Virus record (IMG/VR): IMGVR_UViG_2940244548_000002
Location: 32,001 to 96,000 of that record
Length of the DNA stretch: 64,000 nucleotides
Source: a virus
Taxonomy: Duplodnaviria; Caudoviricetes
Direction: 5' to 3' (one strand)
Part shown: in pieces, positions 38,504-47,820 of the stretch
Position numbering within the stretch: the first letter of the stretch is position 1
Layout: each line of letters opens with the position of its first letter
The notes under the pieces: generated by a model
What the model saw: only the letters and a program-made list of their open reading frames with translations
Databases searched by the model: none
What the model was told of the DNA's origin: nothing
Position numbers and translations under genes: made by a program

Positions 38504-39019
38504 ATGAGAATAGAGGAACAAATATGCTCTATTGAGCAAGCCAAAAAACTAAAAGAGTTGGGGTTAGTACAATCAAGCAGCTTTTATTATGTAAATAACT
38601 GGAGAAATCCACGCTGCCAGCCTATTAATGATGGTGAGCATATTGTACAAGGATGTGAAAAGCATATAACCAAACTGAAAGGTCGGGAAAGAGGTACAGA
38701 GGTTGAGTTTGTTTCAGCTTATACAGCAACCGAGTTGGGAGTATTGTTGCCCAATATATTACCATACAGAACTGTGGGTTATGGTATAGTACTTAGACAG
38801 GCTTTTCCAGATGGGAAAGAGCAAGATTATTATATGGCTGAGTATGTAGAAGTTTATTCTGACCTTGATTATGGTGCTACGGTATATGAGGGTACTGGGG
38901 AAACAGAAGCTCAATCACGTGCATGTCTCCTTATTGAGATGATAAAAGCTGGACATATTGAGGTAAAAGCTATAAATGAAGCGTGTTGCCCAGAGAAAGA
39001 AGAAACTCCTTTTTTTTAA
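38504..39019 (+). CDS. Phage hypothetical protein
   Basis: CS.EQAKKLKELG, AYT..ELG..LP. Confidence 0.6.
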   Translation: MRIEEQICSIEQAKKLKELGLVQSSSFYYVNNWRNPRCQPINDGEHIVQGCEKHITKLKGRERGTEVEFVSAYTATELGVLLPNILPYRTVGYGIVLRQAFPDGKEQDYYMAEYVEVYSDLDYGATVYEGTGETEAQSRACLLIEMIKAGHIEVKAINEACCPEKEETPFF

Positions 39020-39023
39020 TATT

Positions 39024-39629
39024 ATGAACAAAATTAGAAATGCAATCTGTGTAGCACTGCTACAGCTGGTGGTAAAGATTAGTAACTACCAGACTAAAAG
39101 CTGGGAGGTTAAAACGGATGGCTGTTTTAGAACCTATAAACAAATAAAGTTTAGCATACTGCACCCAGAGCCAGATATGATACATATTGAGGATATAGCA
39201 AAAGGGCTGGCATACAAACCTCATTTCTCTGGTTTTTCCCCTCAATTCTTTTCTATTGCAGAACATAGCCTTTTAGTAGAGCGGATAGTAGCAGCAAGTA
39301 ACCCAGAAAACTATTATGAACGTTTAGAGGCTCTTTTGCATGATGGCTCGGAGGCTTATACTGGAGATATGATTAAGCCATTAAAAAACCTCCTGCCAAA
39401 CTTTGTGGTTATTGAAAAGCGCATACAGGCGGTTATTTACAAACGTTTTGGCATATTCCCTAAAGGAGTAAAGCAAGCTGATAACGTAGCACAGGATATT
39501 GAGGCTGCTGTGTTTTACGGTAAAGCAAAGTACGATGAGATAAGATACCTTACTCCAGATAGTGCATACACAGACTTTTTGAATAAGTATAATTACCTAA
39601 TGTATAAAATAAACGAGAAAAACCAATGA
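39024..39629 (+). CDS. HD-domain phosphohydrolase (YfbR-like deoxynucleotidase)
   Basis: IEDIA..L, SIAEHS, ALLHDGSEAYTGD, VK.AD. Confidence 0.85.
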   Translation: MNKIRNAICVALLQLVVKISNYQTKSWEVKTDGCFRTYKQIKFSILHPEPDMIHIEDIAKGLAYKPHFSGFSPQFFSIAEHSLLVERIVAASNPENYYERLEALLHDGSEAYTGDMIKPLKNLLPNFVVIEKRIQAVIYKRFGIFPKGVKQADNVAQDIEAAVFYGKAKYDEIRYLTPDSAYTDFLNKYNYLMYKINEKNQ

Positions 39630-40090
39630 AAACAGCTTTAGAAGAGATGGCAGATAACATCCGCAATGCCCAAATAGCAGAGCAAGAACAATTATCAAAT
39701 GCGGATAAATTGAGAGTACAAAGTGAGGCGAATTATATTCTTGAAGAGTTTGAAACGGCTTTTGCTCCAGAGCTTGAAATATTAAAAGAATCTGGGGTTA
39801 CATGGAGTGCCCAGCATCAAGATAAAAGGTACTCTTCGCAAGGCTTCTATATCCAGTTTGAGAGAGAGGGTAAAATATTAAAGATGGATTTCTCAAACCG
39901 ACATTCATACAGGTATGAGCATGTGCCATATAGCAGCAACCGAACTGGCTCTATGACCTATGGTAGCTGGAGTAAAGAACAGTTTATACTTTTTATCCAT
40001 GATGGGTTATTTGGAAATAGAGATTATGCTACAGCTCCAGAGGAGGAAGTAGGAACAAACAAAAATAAAGAAGACAATGGAAAAATTTAA
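39626..40090 (+). CDS. Hypothetical protein
   Basis: Coupled ORF. Confidence 0.55.
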   Translation: MKTALEEMADNIRNAQIAEQEQLSNADKLRVQSEANYILEEFETAFAPELEILKESGVTWSAQHQDKRYSSQGFYIQFEREGKILKMDFSNRHSYRYEHVPYSSNRTGSMTYGSWSKEQFILFIHDGLFGNRDYATAPEEEVGTNKNKEDNGKI

Positions 40091-40412
40091 TGGCACAAGA
40101 GGTAAATGGCAGCTTACAACATCTGCTTTAGAATGCGATCACAATACAGAGATAGCAACAATTTGGGGTGATAGTGAGTATGGAGAGGGAGCAACCTTAA
40201 TCGCTCACATAGACAAAGGTGCTGGTGATGAGAAAGCACTAGCTAATGCGAACCTGATTGCAGCAGCTCCAGAACTGCTAAAGACACTGCAAGGTATGCA
40301 GCTCTCAATGATGGCACACCCAGACTATGTTAGCGGTGAAAATCAAGAGTTTATAGACTATGTAGATATAGCACAGGAGGTAATTAACAAAGCATTGGGT
40401 ATTGAGCAATGA
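40077..40412 (+). CDS. Phage hypothetical protein (ANA.LIAAAPELL family)
   Basis: T.G.W ... ANANLIAAAPELL. Confidence 0.7.
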   Translation: MEKFNGTRGKWQLTTSALECDHNTEIATIWGDSEYGEGATLIAHIDKGAGDEKALANANLIAAAPELLKTLQGMQLSMMAHPDYVSGENQEFIDYVDIAQEVINKALGIEQ

Positions 40413-40636
40413 AAACAATTAAAGATTTTATCTGGTGGCTCTCTGTAGGTGGTGTTTTCAAACGCTACTGGGATAATATAGAGTATTTCTGTAATGATAA
40501 GAATGTTTTGGTAAGCGATTTTATACAAAACATGGATGCCAATAAGCCCGATACTTTGTTTTGGGTTGCAGAAAATGAACTCTTGTTTTTTAAGGAGGCT
40601 AAAGAGAAATATATTAACTGGTTAAAAGATAATTGA
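40409..40636 (+). CDS. Hypothetical protein
   Basis: Coupled ORF. Confidence 0.5.
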   Translation: MKTIKDFIWWLSVGGVFKRYWDNIEYFCNDKNVLVSDFIQNMDANKPDTLFWVAENELLFFKEAKEKYINWLKDN

Positions 40637-41208
40637 TTATGAGCAACAAAAATATACCAGCAGAAATAGTTAAGCACTATGTAGAACTTAACTGGAAACT
40701 CCGAGAAGCAAGCGAGTTACCATACGGAGAGGAGAGTGATAAATATGAGTATTTGGAAACACATTACACATATTACACCTTGCCAAAAGGTTTGAGCGAT
40801 GATGATAAACTAATTTGCATGCTCTTACTATTACATCAAACAGAAAGAGGGTTAGTTAAAAAGGAGCTCAAAGAAGCATTTGGCTGGAGCAAATACAAAT
40901 CTGGTAAGATAGCACGGCAAAACCCTTATTGTAATACAGTAACCCTGCTTTGTGAAAATGGTGGCTATGGAGGCATAGGGTATGCTTTAGATTGGGATAT
41001 GCACCGTGCCATGTTAGCATACTGTGCAGAGCATTACCCATGCACAAAGTGTACTAAACTAAGTAAATGGGAAAGCCAAAGGTTTCCTAGAAAAGATGCT
41101 ATAGGTTATTGTTCGCTTGATACCCAGTGCCAAAGGTACTGTAATAGTGGGTGCGTTAATGGGCGTTATGAATTAATGGAAGAGCATGAGGTTTGCGCTA
41201 CGGAATAA
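40633..41208 (+). CDS. Hypothetical protein with Cys-rich C-terminus
   Basis: CTKC...C....C...C...C. Confidence 0.55.
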   Translation: MIMSNKNIPAEIVKHYVELNWKLREASELPYGEESDKYEYLETHYTYYTLPKGLSDDDKLICMLLLLHQTERGLVKKELKEAFGWSKYKSGKIARQNPYCNTVTLLCENGGYGGIGYALDWDMHRAMLAYCAEHYPCTKCTKLSKWESQRFPRKDAIGYCSLDTQCQRYCNSGCVNGRYELMEEHEVCATE

Positions 41209-41434
41209 ATCAAAGCTGATTAAAGCCTTTGGAGAGCCTTTCTATCTCCAGCTTATAAAATGCCTATCAAATCATTTTGAGAGCAATGTGCAAATTGATA
41301 GGCTGGAAATAGAGGGCTTAAACTACCAAGTTATTGAAGTGCCAAAGAGCTCCAGCGAGATTTACCAGTTCGCAGTAACCAGAGAGATGTACGATGTATT
41401 AACTCTGGCATATTATAAAACAGTAGAACGATAG
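41186..41434 (+). CDS. Hypothetical protein
   Basis: Operon ORF. Confidence 0.55.
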   Translation: MRFALRNKSKLIKAFGEPFYLQLIKCLSNHFESNVQIDRLEIEGLNYQVIEVPKSSSEIYQFAVTREMYDVLTLAYYKTVER

Positions 41435-41439
41435 AGAGT

Positions 41440-41688
41440 ATGTACAATAAAAGAACATGGATAAACAAAGATAATTCTCCGTCCACAGGCAATGTAGTGG
41501 CTTTTGATGGAGAAGTAGACTGGGGGGATGGGAAAACACGGAGTATATTTCTCTCTGTTTCAGATTGTAATGTATCGGCAAGGTTGCATAAATCACATGA
41601 TGATACAGTAGAAGACTTTATTGATAAAATGAAGTTATTACGAGATGAGATAAATTTATTTATTAATCACCTAGAGGCAAACAAATAA
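41440..41688 (+). CDS. Phage hypothetical protein
   Basis: Operon ORF. Confidence 0.6.
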   Translation: MYNKRTWINKDNSPSTGNVVAFDGEVDWGDGKTRSIFLSVSDCNVSARLHKSHDDTVEDFIDKMKLLRDEINLFINHLEANK

Positions 41689-41901
41689 ATGGCAACACAT
41701 ACATTAAAAACAAACCTAAAAGGGCTAAAGCGATGGGCTTGGCGCAAAAATCTAAGCGGTTTTTTTATTGTAAATGGCAAAGAGCTTACTGATGCACAGG
41801 TAAGAACAATGGTAGAATGGGCTATCAACAAAGGCTATGAATACGATGCCGACATACCAGAGAAAGAGGTGATAGAATTATTAAACCTACAAAACCAATA
41901 A
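41689..41901 (+). CDS. Phage hypothetical protein
   Basis: Operon ORF. Confidence 0.55.
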   Translation: MATHTLKTNLKGLKRWAWRKNLSGFFIVNGKELTDAQVRTMVEWAINKGYEYDADIPEKEVIELLNLQNQ

Positions 41902-41902
41902 T

Positions 41903-42232
41903 ATGGCAGCATTTGAGTATATAAAAACGACCTACAAAGTGCCTGCTGAAATCGGCAGGGAAATTCTCTATAAGGGAGATAAAAAAGGTGAGCGAAAGGG
42001 CATTATAGTTGAAGATAGGGGCAACTATATCGGGGTAAACTTTTACGATACGAAACCAGAGGATATAGTACCATTGCACCCTACATGGGAAATAGAATAT
42101 CTGGGTATTGGGGAGATAAGGAAAGTTTCAAAATCAAGGATGAGAGCTAAACAACGGTATGAGGAATACCGTAGCGCAGATTGGTACTCTGGTACATTTG
42201 CCGAATGGCTGGGAATTAAACCTAAAAAGTAA
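41903..42232 (+). CDS. Phage hypothetical protein
   Basis: Y.VPA.IGR...G.I..D.G.YIGV...HPTW. Confidence 0.6.
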   Translation: MAAFEYIKTTYKVPAEIGREILYKGDKKGERKGIIVEDRGNYIGVNFYDTKPEDIVPLHPTWEIEYLGIGEIRKVSKSRMRAKQRYEEYRSADWYSGTFAEWLGIKPKK

Positions 42233-42237
42233 GCACT

Positions 42238-42609
42238 ATGAAAAGAGTACAAACAGCAAAAGAGCTTGATGCTTTTATTAAGAACAAAGGGCATAAGAAT
42301 ATAGGGTACATGCACCAACGTATGAAATACGATTGTGAACAATCACGCAGAGAGAAAGCACTTGCAAGGGCATGGAGGAAAGATAATTTATGCAATTCAT
42401 GGAAAAATAGCGGGTTTGGTGTATTGCAAGATTTATTTATAAACACCGAGCACAGAGATAGAACCTATCATTTCCCAATAAGTATAATTTCAAAACGAGA
42501 TAGAGTAATTGCAGCAACGGTTATCCAATGGCTGGGCTCTAATTGTGGTTTCTCATGGCTGTGTGATGTAATGAAAAGATGCGGATATAAAATAACAAAG
42601 ATAAACTAA
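42238..42609 (+). CDS. Phage hypothetical protein
   Basis: AATVIQWLGSNCG. Confidence 0.6.
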   Translation: MKRVQTAKELDAFIKNKGHKNIGYMHQRMKYDCEQSRREKALARAWRKDNLCNSWKNSGFGVLQDLFINTEHRDRTYHFPISIISKRDRVIAATVIQWLGSNCGFSWLCDVMKRCGYKITKIN

Positions 42610-43247
42610 TGGCAAAAATAAGATTATCAAACTTTGGTGCTCCAGAGAGCGAGTACGAAACAAAATATGATTGGGGCTTTTTCTGCCAATCAGGTGCAAA
42701 TGGTGTAGTGTTCTCACAAAAAGGTAATTATCAGACAGCATTTTTTGAGGCATTCCCACGCAATCCAAAATGCTTTATACGTGGAGAGGGTGCAACAGTG
42801 GAGGAAGCCGAACAGGATGCATGGGAGCAATGGCAAAAAATACAGGTGTGTAATCACGAAATGGAGCGTAGGAATAGGAAAGATGGCTATGGGTACTGTA
42901 AATATTGCACCTATTCTGATATGGTATTTGAACCACTTACCAAGTGTTGTAAGTGTGGAGAGCCTACCAGATACACAACTGATAATAAAGAGCATTGGTA
43001 CTGTAAAAAGCACTCCAGAAACATACCTAAAAGGTTAAAGCAAGAGTGGATGCTTGATAGGCACAAGCGTTTACCACGTGTAACCAAAAAGGTAATGAAA
43101 AAAGGTGCAGCCATAAAACTGACTGGCAGCAAATACGGCAAAGTTAAGTTTGAGTACAAGGTAACTATTGCTTTTAGAGCTAATGGTTACAGGCTGGATA
43201 TATTTAACCGCAAACAGCGGAGGTTGTTAATTCAAATGGGTAAATGA
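42609..43247 (+). CDS. Zn-finger-containing hypothetical protein
   Basis: AFFEAFP...FIRGEG; C.H..C..C..C..C..C..H. Confidence 0.6.
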   Translation: MAKIRLSNFGAPESEYETKYDWGFFCQSGANGVVFSQKGNYQTAFFEAFPRNPKCFIRGEGATVEEAEQDAWEQWQKIQVCNHEMERRNRKDGYGYCKYCTYSDMVFEPLTKCCKCGEPTRYTTDNKEHWYCKKHSRNIPKRLKQEWMLDRHKRLPRVTKKVMKKGAAIKLTGSKYGKVKFEYKVTIAFRANGYRLDIFNRKQRRLLIQMGK

Positions 43248-43248
43248 T

Positions 43249-43722
43249 ATGCACTATAAACAGGAATATAATTACGGATGTGGACTATATACCATTGCAA
43301 ATGTATTGCAAGATGGTGAAATTATTACTCCCAGAAACATTGAAGCATCTAAAAATGGGAATAATCTGGGGCAACTGAATAAATGGCTATGGGAAAGAGA
43401 TTATGATATTTGGATTGGTATGTTACGGTATAACAATCAAGAGCCAATTGAAATATTTGATTTAAAACCAGATTTTGAAGCAGATGAGCGGGTGTTATGG
43501 TATCCCTTTATGATTGTGGTTATATCTACATCAAATAGAAATCACATGATAGGTTGCCGTTATATGAGGGATAGGAGCATAATTGTACATGATTCATTAC
43601 AAGATACCGAAATGGTATTTAAGAGCTTTGATTTATTTGAGGAGCATTACAAAGGTAGAGTATTATCTTTTGAGTGTTTCTATACGTTAAAAAATGAAAC
43701 AGTTGCAATAGTAAAAACATAA
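43249..43722 (+). CDS. Papain-fold cysteine peptidase-like protein
   Basis: Q....GCG...IAN.LQ, H, HDS. Confidence 0.5.
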   Translation: MHYKQEYNYGCGLYTIANVLQDGEIITPRNIEASKNGNNLGQLNKWLWERDYDIWIGMLRYNNQEPIEIFDLKPDFEADERVLWYPFMIVVISTSNRNHMIGCRYMRDRSIIVHDSLQDTEMVFKSFDLFEEHYKGRVLSFECFYTLKNETVAIVKT

Positions 43723-43726
43723 AAGC

Positions 43727-44152
43727 ATGAGTAGCATAAAGCCTAAAGTGCTAAGGAAGCACATAAAAAGAGACAAACGAATGCTCCGACTTTTATATAG
43801 AAAAGGATTGCTAGATGCATGGATGGATTCACATATTCATTGGGCAGCATACAGGAGCTTCAATAATAGGTTTAACAAAAACCATCTGTATCATATAGAA
43901 CCGTATTACTGGATTGAAGATTATTGGGGAGAGGGAGATGAAAGAGAGCTAATATCTGATGTTATAGATAACCATATATGGGAAACATTAAACCCAAAAG
44001 ATGAGCACTTTAACGTAGAAAGAGAGTTTTACAAGTGGCACAAAGAGCATAGTTCTTTCAAAAAAATGATGAACTACCTGCATTCATTGCCTACAAAGAG
44101 GCGTGATAGTGGAATTAATAAATATCTGAAAATCAACTTAACAGATTTATAA
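43727..44152 (+). CDS. Hypothetical protein
   Basis: Operon ORF. Confidence 0.55.
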   Translation: MSSIKPKVLRKHIKRDKRMLRLLYRKGLLDAWMDSHIHWAAYRSFNNRFNKNHLYHIEPYYWIEDYWGEGDERELISDVIDNHIWETLNPKDEHFNVEREFYKWHKEHSSFKKMMNYLHSLPTKRRDSGINKYLKINLTDL

Positions 44153-44157
44153 AGTAT

Positions 44158-44388
44158 ATGGAATGTGTATATGAAATAAAAATTACTCGCGAAATAGTAA
44201 TGGAGGCTGCAAAAAAGGCAGCAGAAAATTTTTGTAAAGAGTTAAATGGTGGTATATATACAGACAGGACAGGAGACTTACGAAACACATTCGGCTATGT
44301 TATTAAAAATGATACGATTGTTATTTTGAAAGGAATGATTGTTATTGGAACGGTAAATATACCAATGCCTGCCGACCCTACTAAGTAG
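44158..44388 (+). CDS. Short protein with gp10-like motif
   Basis: YTDRTGDLRNTFGYVI. Confidence 0.45.
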   Translation: MECVYEIKITREIVMEAAKKAAENFCKELNGGIYTDRTGDLRNTFGYVIKNDTIVILKGMIVIGTVNIPMPADPTK

Positions 44389-44465
44389 TTATTATAGTAG
44401 TGTGTGTTTAGTAATATAGTAATAAATATAAATAATTAGAATTACAAAGAAAAAAGGGTAAAAAA

Positions 44466-44918
44466 ATGGGAAGTTTAAACAGAGTACAATTAATAGGCAA
44501 TTTGGGTAAAAATCCAGATGTGCGGACTATGGATAATGGCAATAAAGTTGCCTCTTTCTCAATAGCAACTACAGAGCCAGCTTATTCTTTAGCCAATGGC
44601 ATAAACGTACCAGAGCGCACAGAGTGGCATAACGTAATAGCATGGGGTGCTTTGGCTGGAGTAGCAGAGAGGTTTTTACAAAAAGGACAACAGGTTTTTT
44701 TAGAGGGTAAACTAAGAACCCGAAGCTATGAGAAAAACCAAGCTAAGCACTATGTAACGGAAATAATGTGCGAGAGAATAACGCTTTTGGGTGGTAATTC
44801 GGGGCAAAATTCGCAATATCAGCCCCAAAGTGGCACAAATGTACCAGTGCAGGAAAATAATACAATGTCGAGCACGACATCAAACAATGGAGGCTATACA
44901 GATGATTTACCATTCTAA
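44466..44918 (+). CDS. ssb: Single-stranded DNA-binding protein
   Basis: NRVQLIGNLG..P, TEWH, EGKLRTRSY, DDLPF. Confidence 0.95.
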   Translation: MGSLNRVQLIGNLGKNPDVRTMDNGNKVASFSIATTEPAYSLANGINVPERTEWHNVIAWGALAGVAERFLQKGQQVFLEGKLRTRSYEKNQAKHYVTEIMCERITLLGGNSGQNSQYQPQSGTNVPVQENNTMSSTTSNNGGYTDDLPF

Positions 44919-45414
44919 AAAATACGATAACATTGTGGCTATTGACCCTGATGTAGATAAGTCTGGAGTGGCATACCTAAAAAGAGCTACACGGCAATTG
45001 GAGGTTTCAAACCTTACTTTTCCCCAGCTGCTTGATTACTTACAGCATGTTAAACAAGTGCGAGACAATGAGGGTGAGAGTGTTATTATTGTTGTGGAAG
45101 CTGGCTGGCTTATAAGTAGTAATTGGCATCTAAAATCAAAAGACAATAAAAAAATTGCAAGCGCAAAAGGTAATTCCACTGGGAGAAATCACGAGGTGGG
45201 AAGAAAAATTGTAGAGATGTGCAAGCATTACGGATTAGATGTACATGAGCAATACCCTCTTAAAAAGAGTTGGAAAGGTAACGAGGGGAAAATAACCCAT
45301 GAAGAGTTATCAAGTATTACAGGTTTAATGGGTAGAACAAACCAAGAGGCAAGAGATGCAGCTTTAATAGCATGGCATTATGCAGGTTTACCCATAAGGC
45401 TAAAAGCTATGTAA
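44902..45414 (+). CDS. RuvC-like Holliday junction resolvase
   Basis: IAIDPD..KSG.A, VE, E.RDA.L. Confidence 0.7.
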   Translation: MIYHSKKYDNIVAIDPDVDKSGVAYLKRATRQLEVSNLTFPQLLDYLQHVKQVRDNEGESVIIVVEAGWLISSNWHLKSKDNKKIASAKGNSTGRNHEVGRKIVEMCKHYGLDVHEQYPLKKSWKGNEGKITHEELSSITGLMGRTNQEARDAALIAWHYAGLPIRLKAM

Positions 45415-45440
45415 ACTTTCTACTTTCATCTTTTGACTAC

Positions 45441-45480
45441 AAGGCGTGTATATATATCACGCCTTTTTTATTTCCTTTGC
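45441..45480 (+). promoter_or_regulatory. Late promoter box AAGGCGTG-N9-CACGCCTT upstream of the MTase-SpeD-terminase operon
   Basis: Palindrome; one of six YGTG-N9-CACG boxes in prophage 2. Confidence 0.65.
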
Positions 45481-45514
45481 AATCAAACGCAAATAAATCA
45501 AACGGTTATTAAAT

Positions 45515-46936
45515 ATGAAAGCAGAGAAAGTGTCTTTGGGTAAGATTGTCTTAAACGACAGCAACCCACGAACAATAACGGACGAGAAGTTTATAAAGCT
45601 GGTAGAGAGCATCCTAGTATTTCCTAAAATGCTGGAGTTACGCCCAGTGGTGCTGGATGAGAACTACATAGCACTGGGTGGTAACATGCGTACACGTGGG
45701 CTGCAATGGATAGTAACAGCTACACAAACGCAGATTGAGGAGCATTTACAACGGCAAAGCAAATACAGGCTCTTAACCGAGTATGAGCAACAGCAGCTTA
45801 TAAACTTCTGGCTGGAGTGGAAGAGAAACCCAATGGTTTACTGTGTGTTTGCTGATGATTTAACAGAGGATGAGCGTAACGAATTTATCGTAAAAGATAA
45901 TGTTGGCTTTGGTAGCTGGGATATGGATATACTGGCTAATGAGTTTGATGAGCAGTTGCTACTTGATTGGGGTATGGATGTTTGGCAAATGGATGGTGGG
46001 GATGATAACGGAGCTGGAGGCAAAGAGAAGCATGGCAGCCTACTGGATAAGTTTGTTGTTCCTCCATTTACGATACTGGATACTAGGCAGGGCTACTGGA
46101 GAGAACGTAAAGAGGTTTGGCGGGCACTCATAGATGATAATGGAGAAAGCAGGGAGGGTACACTTGCAAACGGTGAAACAAACTGTATGGCATCCATAAA
46201 CAATGGGGTTTCGCTCCTTGACCCAGTAATGGCAGAGATTGTTTGTAGGTGGTTTGGCATTGAGGGTGGCAAAGCCTTTGATTGTTTTGCGGGTGATACA
46301 GTATTTGGATATGTAGCAGCTACTCTGGGGCACTCCTTTACTGGCATAGAGTTAAGAGAGGAGCAAGCAGCATTAAACAATGAGCGGGTTGCTGGTATGA
46401 GTGCAGAGTACATTTGCGATGATGGGCAAAACGTATTAAAGCACATAGGCAAAGGTACACAGGATTTGCTGTTTAGTTGTCCTCCCTACTTTGATTTGGA
46501 GGTGTACAGCGATAAACCGAACGATGCCAGCAACCAGAGCACCTATAAGGGCTTTTTGGAGATACTGGATAAAGCATTTACCGATGCTCTGGTGTGCCTT
46601 AAAGATGATAGGTTTGCTGCCATTGTAGTTGGAGACATCCGAGATAAGCAAACTGGCTTTTATCATGATTTTGTTAGCGACATCAAAGATATATTTAAGC
46701 GCAATGGTGCTCCTCTCTATAATGAGATGATAATTATTGAGCCCATAGGCACATTACCCCAGCGTGTGCAGCGATATATGAAAAACCGAAAGGTCGGCAA
46801 ATGCCATCAGAATGTACTGGTATTCTACAAAGGCGACCCAGATAAAATTAAGGATAACTATAAACTTATTGAGTATGCAAGCGAAGATTTGGAATCATTC
46901 GGCATGGATAACGGAGACAGCACCAGCGAAGATTAA
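45515..46936 (+). CDS. ParB-like N-domain fused to N6A/N4C-type methyltransferase fold
   Basis: NPR.I, LGGNMR, IVKDN; motif I DCFAGDT; GIELR; motif IV SCPPY. Confidence 0.85.
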   Translation: MKAEKVSLGKIVLNDSNPRTITDEKFIKLVESILVFPKMLELRPVVLDENYIALGGNMRTRGLQWIVTATQTQIEEHLQRQSKYRLLTEYEQQQLINFWLEWKRNPMVYCVFADDLTEDERNEFIVKDNVGFGSWDMDILANEFDEQLLLDWGMDVWQMDGGDDNGAGGKEKHGSLLDKFVVPPFTILDTRQGYWRERKEVWRALIDDNGESREGTLANGETNCMASINNGVSLLDPVMAEIVCRWFGIEGGKAFDCFAGDTVFGYVAATLGHSFTGIELREEQAALNNERVAGMSAEYICDDGQNVLKHIGKGTQDLLFSCPPYFDLEVYSDKPNDASNQSTYKGFLEILDKAFTDALVCLKDDRFAAIVVGDIRDKQTGFYHDFVSDIKDIFKRNGAPLYNEMIIIEPIGTLPQRVQRYMKNRKVGKCHQNVLVFYKGDPDKIKDNYKLIEYASEDLESFGMDNGDSTSED

Positions 46937-47153
46937 GGCAGAGTTTAATGCCATACTAAAGCAAAGCGGATTTAAGGTACTGGAGCTAACAGAGCACCAT
47001 TTTAACCCACAGGGCTATACAGCACTATGGCTACTGGCAGAAAGCCATTTTGCTGTACATACTTTCCCAGAGTACGGTAAAACCTACATTGAGCTATCAA
47101 GCTGCAATATGGAGTATTACGCAAAATTCATTGAGCTAACAAAGGATTTGTAA
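46875..47153 (+). CDS. speD: S-adenosylmethionine decarboxylase proenzyme (minimal class 1b)
   Basis: HF.PQG.T...LLAESH...HTFPE......SSC. Confidence 0.88.
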   Translation: MQAKIWNHSAWITETAPAKIKAEFNAILKQSGFKVLELTEHHFNPQGYTALWLLAESHFAVHTFPEYGKTYIELSSCNMEYYAKFIELTKDL

Positions 47154-47154
47154 C

Positions 47155-47820
47155 ATGGATACCCAAGAGTTAAACAATAGACAACAGCGGAAAGGCAGGC
47201 AGATAAAGCAGGCTAGACTGGAGATAGTGGCTGAACTCTACAAGAGGGGTAAGAGCATCAGGCAGATTGCAAAAGAGGTAAAGGTACGGCTGAACTTAGA
47301 TAAAATGCCCAGCACGCAAACCATATTTGCCGATACACAGCTATTACTTAAAGAGTGGAGAGAGTACCGAATAACCAACACAGATGAGCTGGTACAGCTG
47401 GAGCTGGAGCGCATAGATGATGCCATTGTTGAGCTCTGGGATGCATGGAATAAAAGCAAGCAGGATTACCAAGCATCCAACCGCAAACAAAAAGCCCAGA
47501 TTGAGAAAGCAGGTAAGGAGAAAGGGGAAGATGGAGAGCCCAAAGGTAAAGACGGCAAGGTTACTCCATACTATCTGGAAGAGGGCAAAAAGGAGGTACG
47601 CAAATATGGTGATGTTAGCTACATATCCGAGATAAGGCAACAGCTCCAAGAGAGGCGCAAACTACTGGGCTTGTACGCTCCAGATAAGAGAGAATTAACA
47701 GGGGCAAATGGCAAGCCGTTAAACCCACCACAAAGCCAAATTAACTTAGATGAGCTAACAGAGGAAGAGCAAAATGTATTGTTCCAGATAGCATTAAAAC
47801 GTGAGCGGAAGCAACAGTAA
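47155..47820 (+). CDS. Terminase small subunit
   Basis: N-terminal HTH, ERRKLLGL.AP...ELTG.NG.PL; precedes TerL. Confidence 0.75.
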   Translation: MDTQELNNRQQRKGRQIKQARLEIVAELYKRGKSIRQIAKEVKVRLNLDKMPSTQTIFADTQLLLKEWREYRITNTDELVQLELERIDDAIVELWDAWNKSKQDYQASNRKQKAQIEKAGKEKGEDGEPKGKDGKVTPYYLEEGKKEVRKYGDVSYISEIRQQLQERRKLLGLYAPDKRELTGANGKPLNPPQSQINLDELTEEEQNVLFQIALKRERKQQ

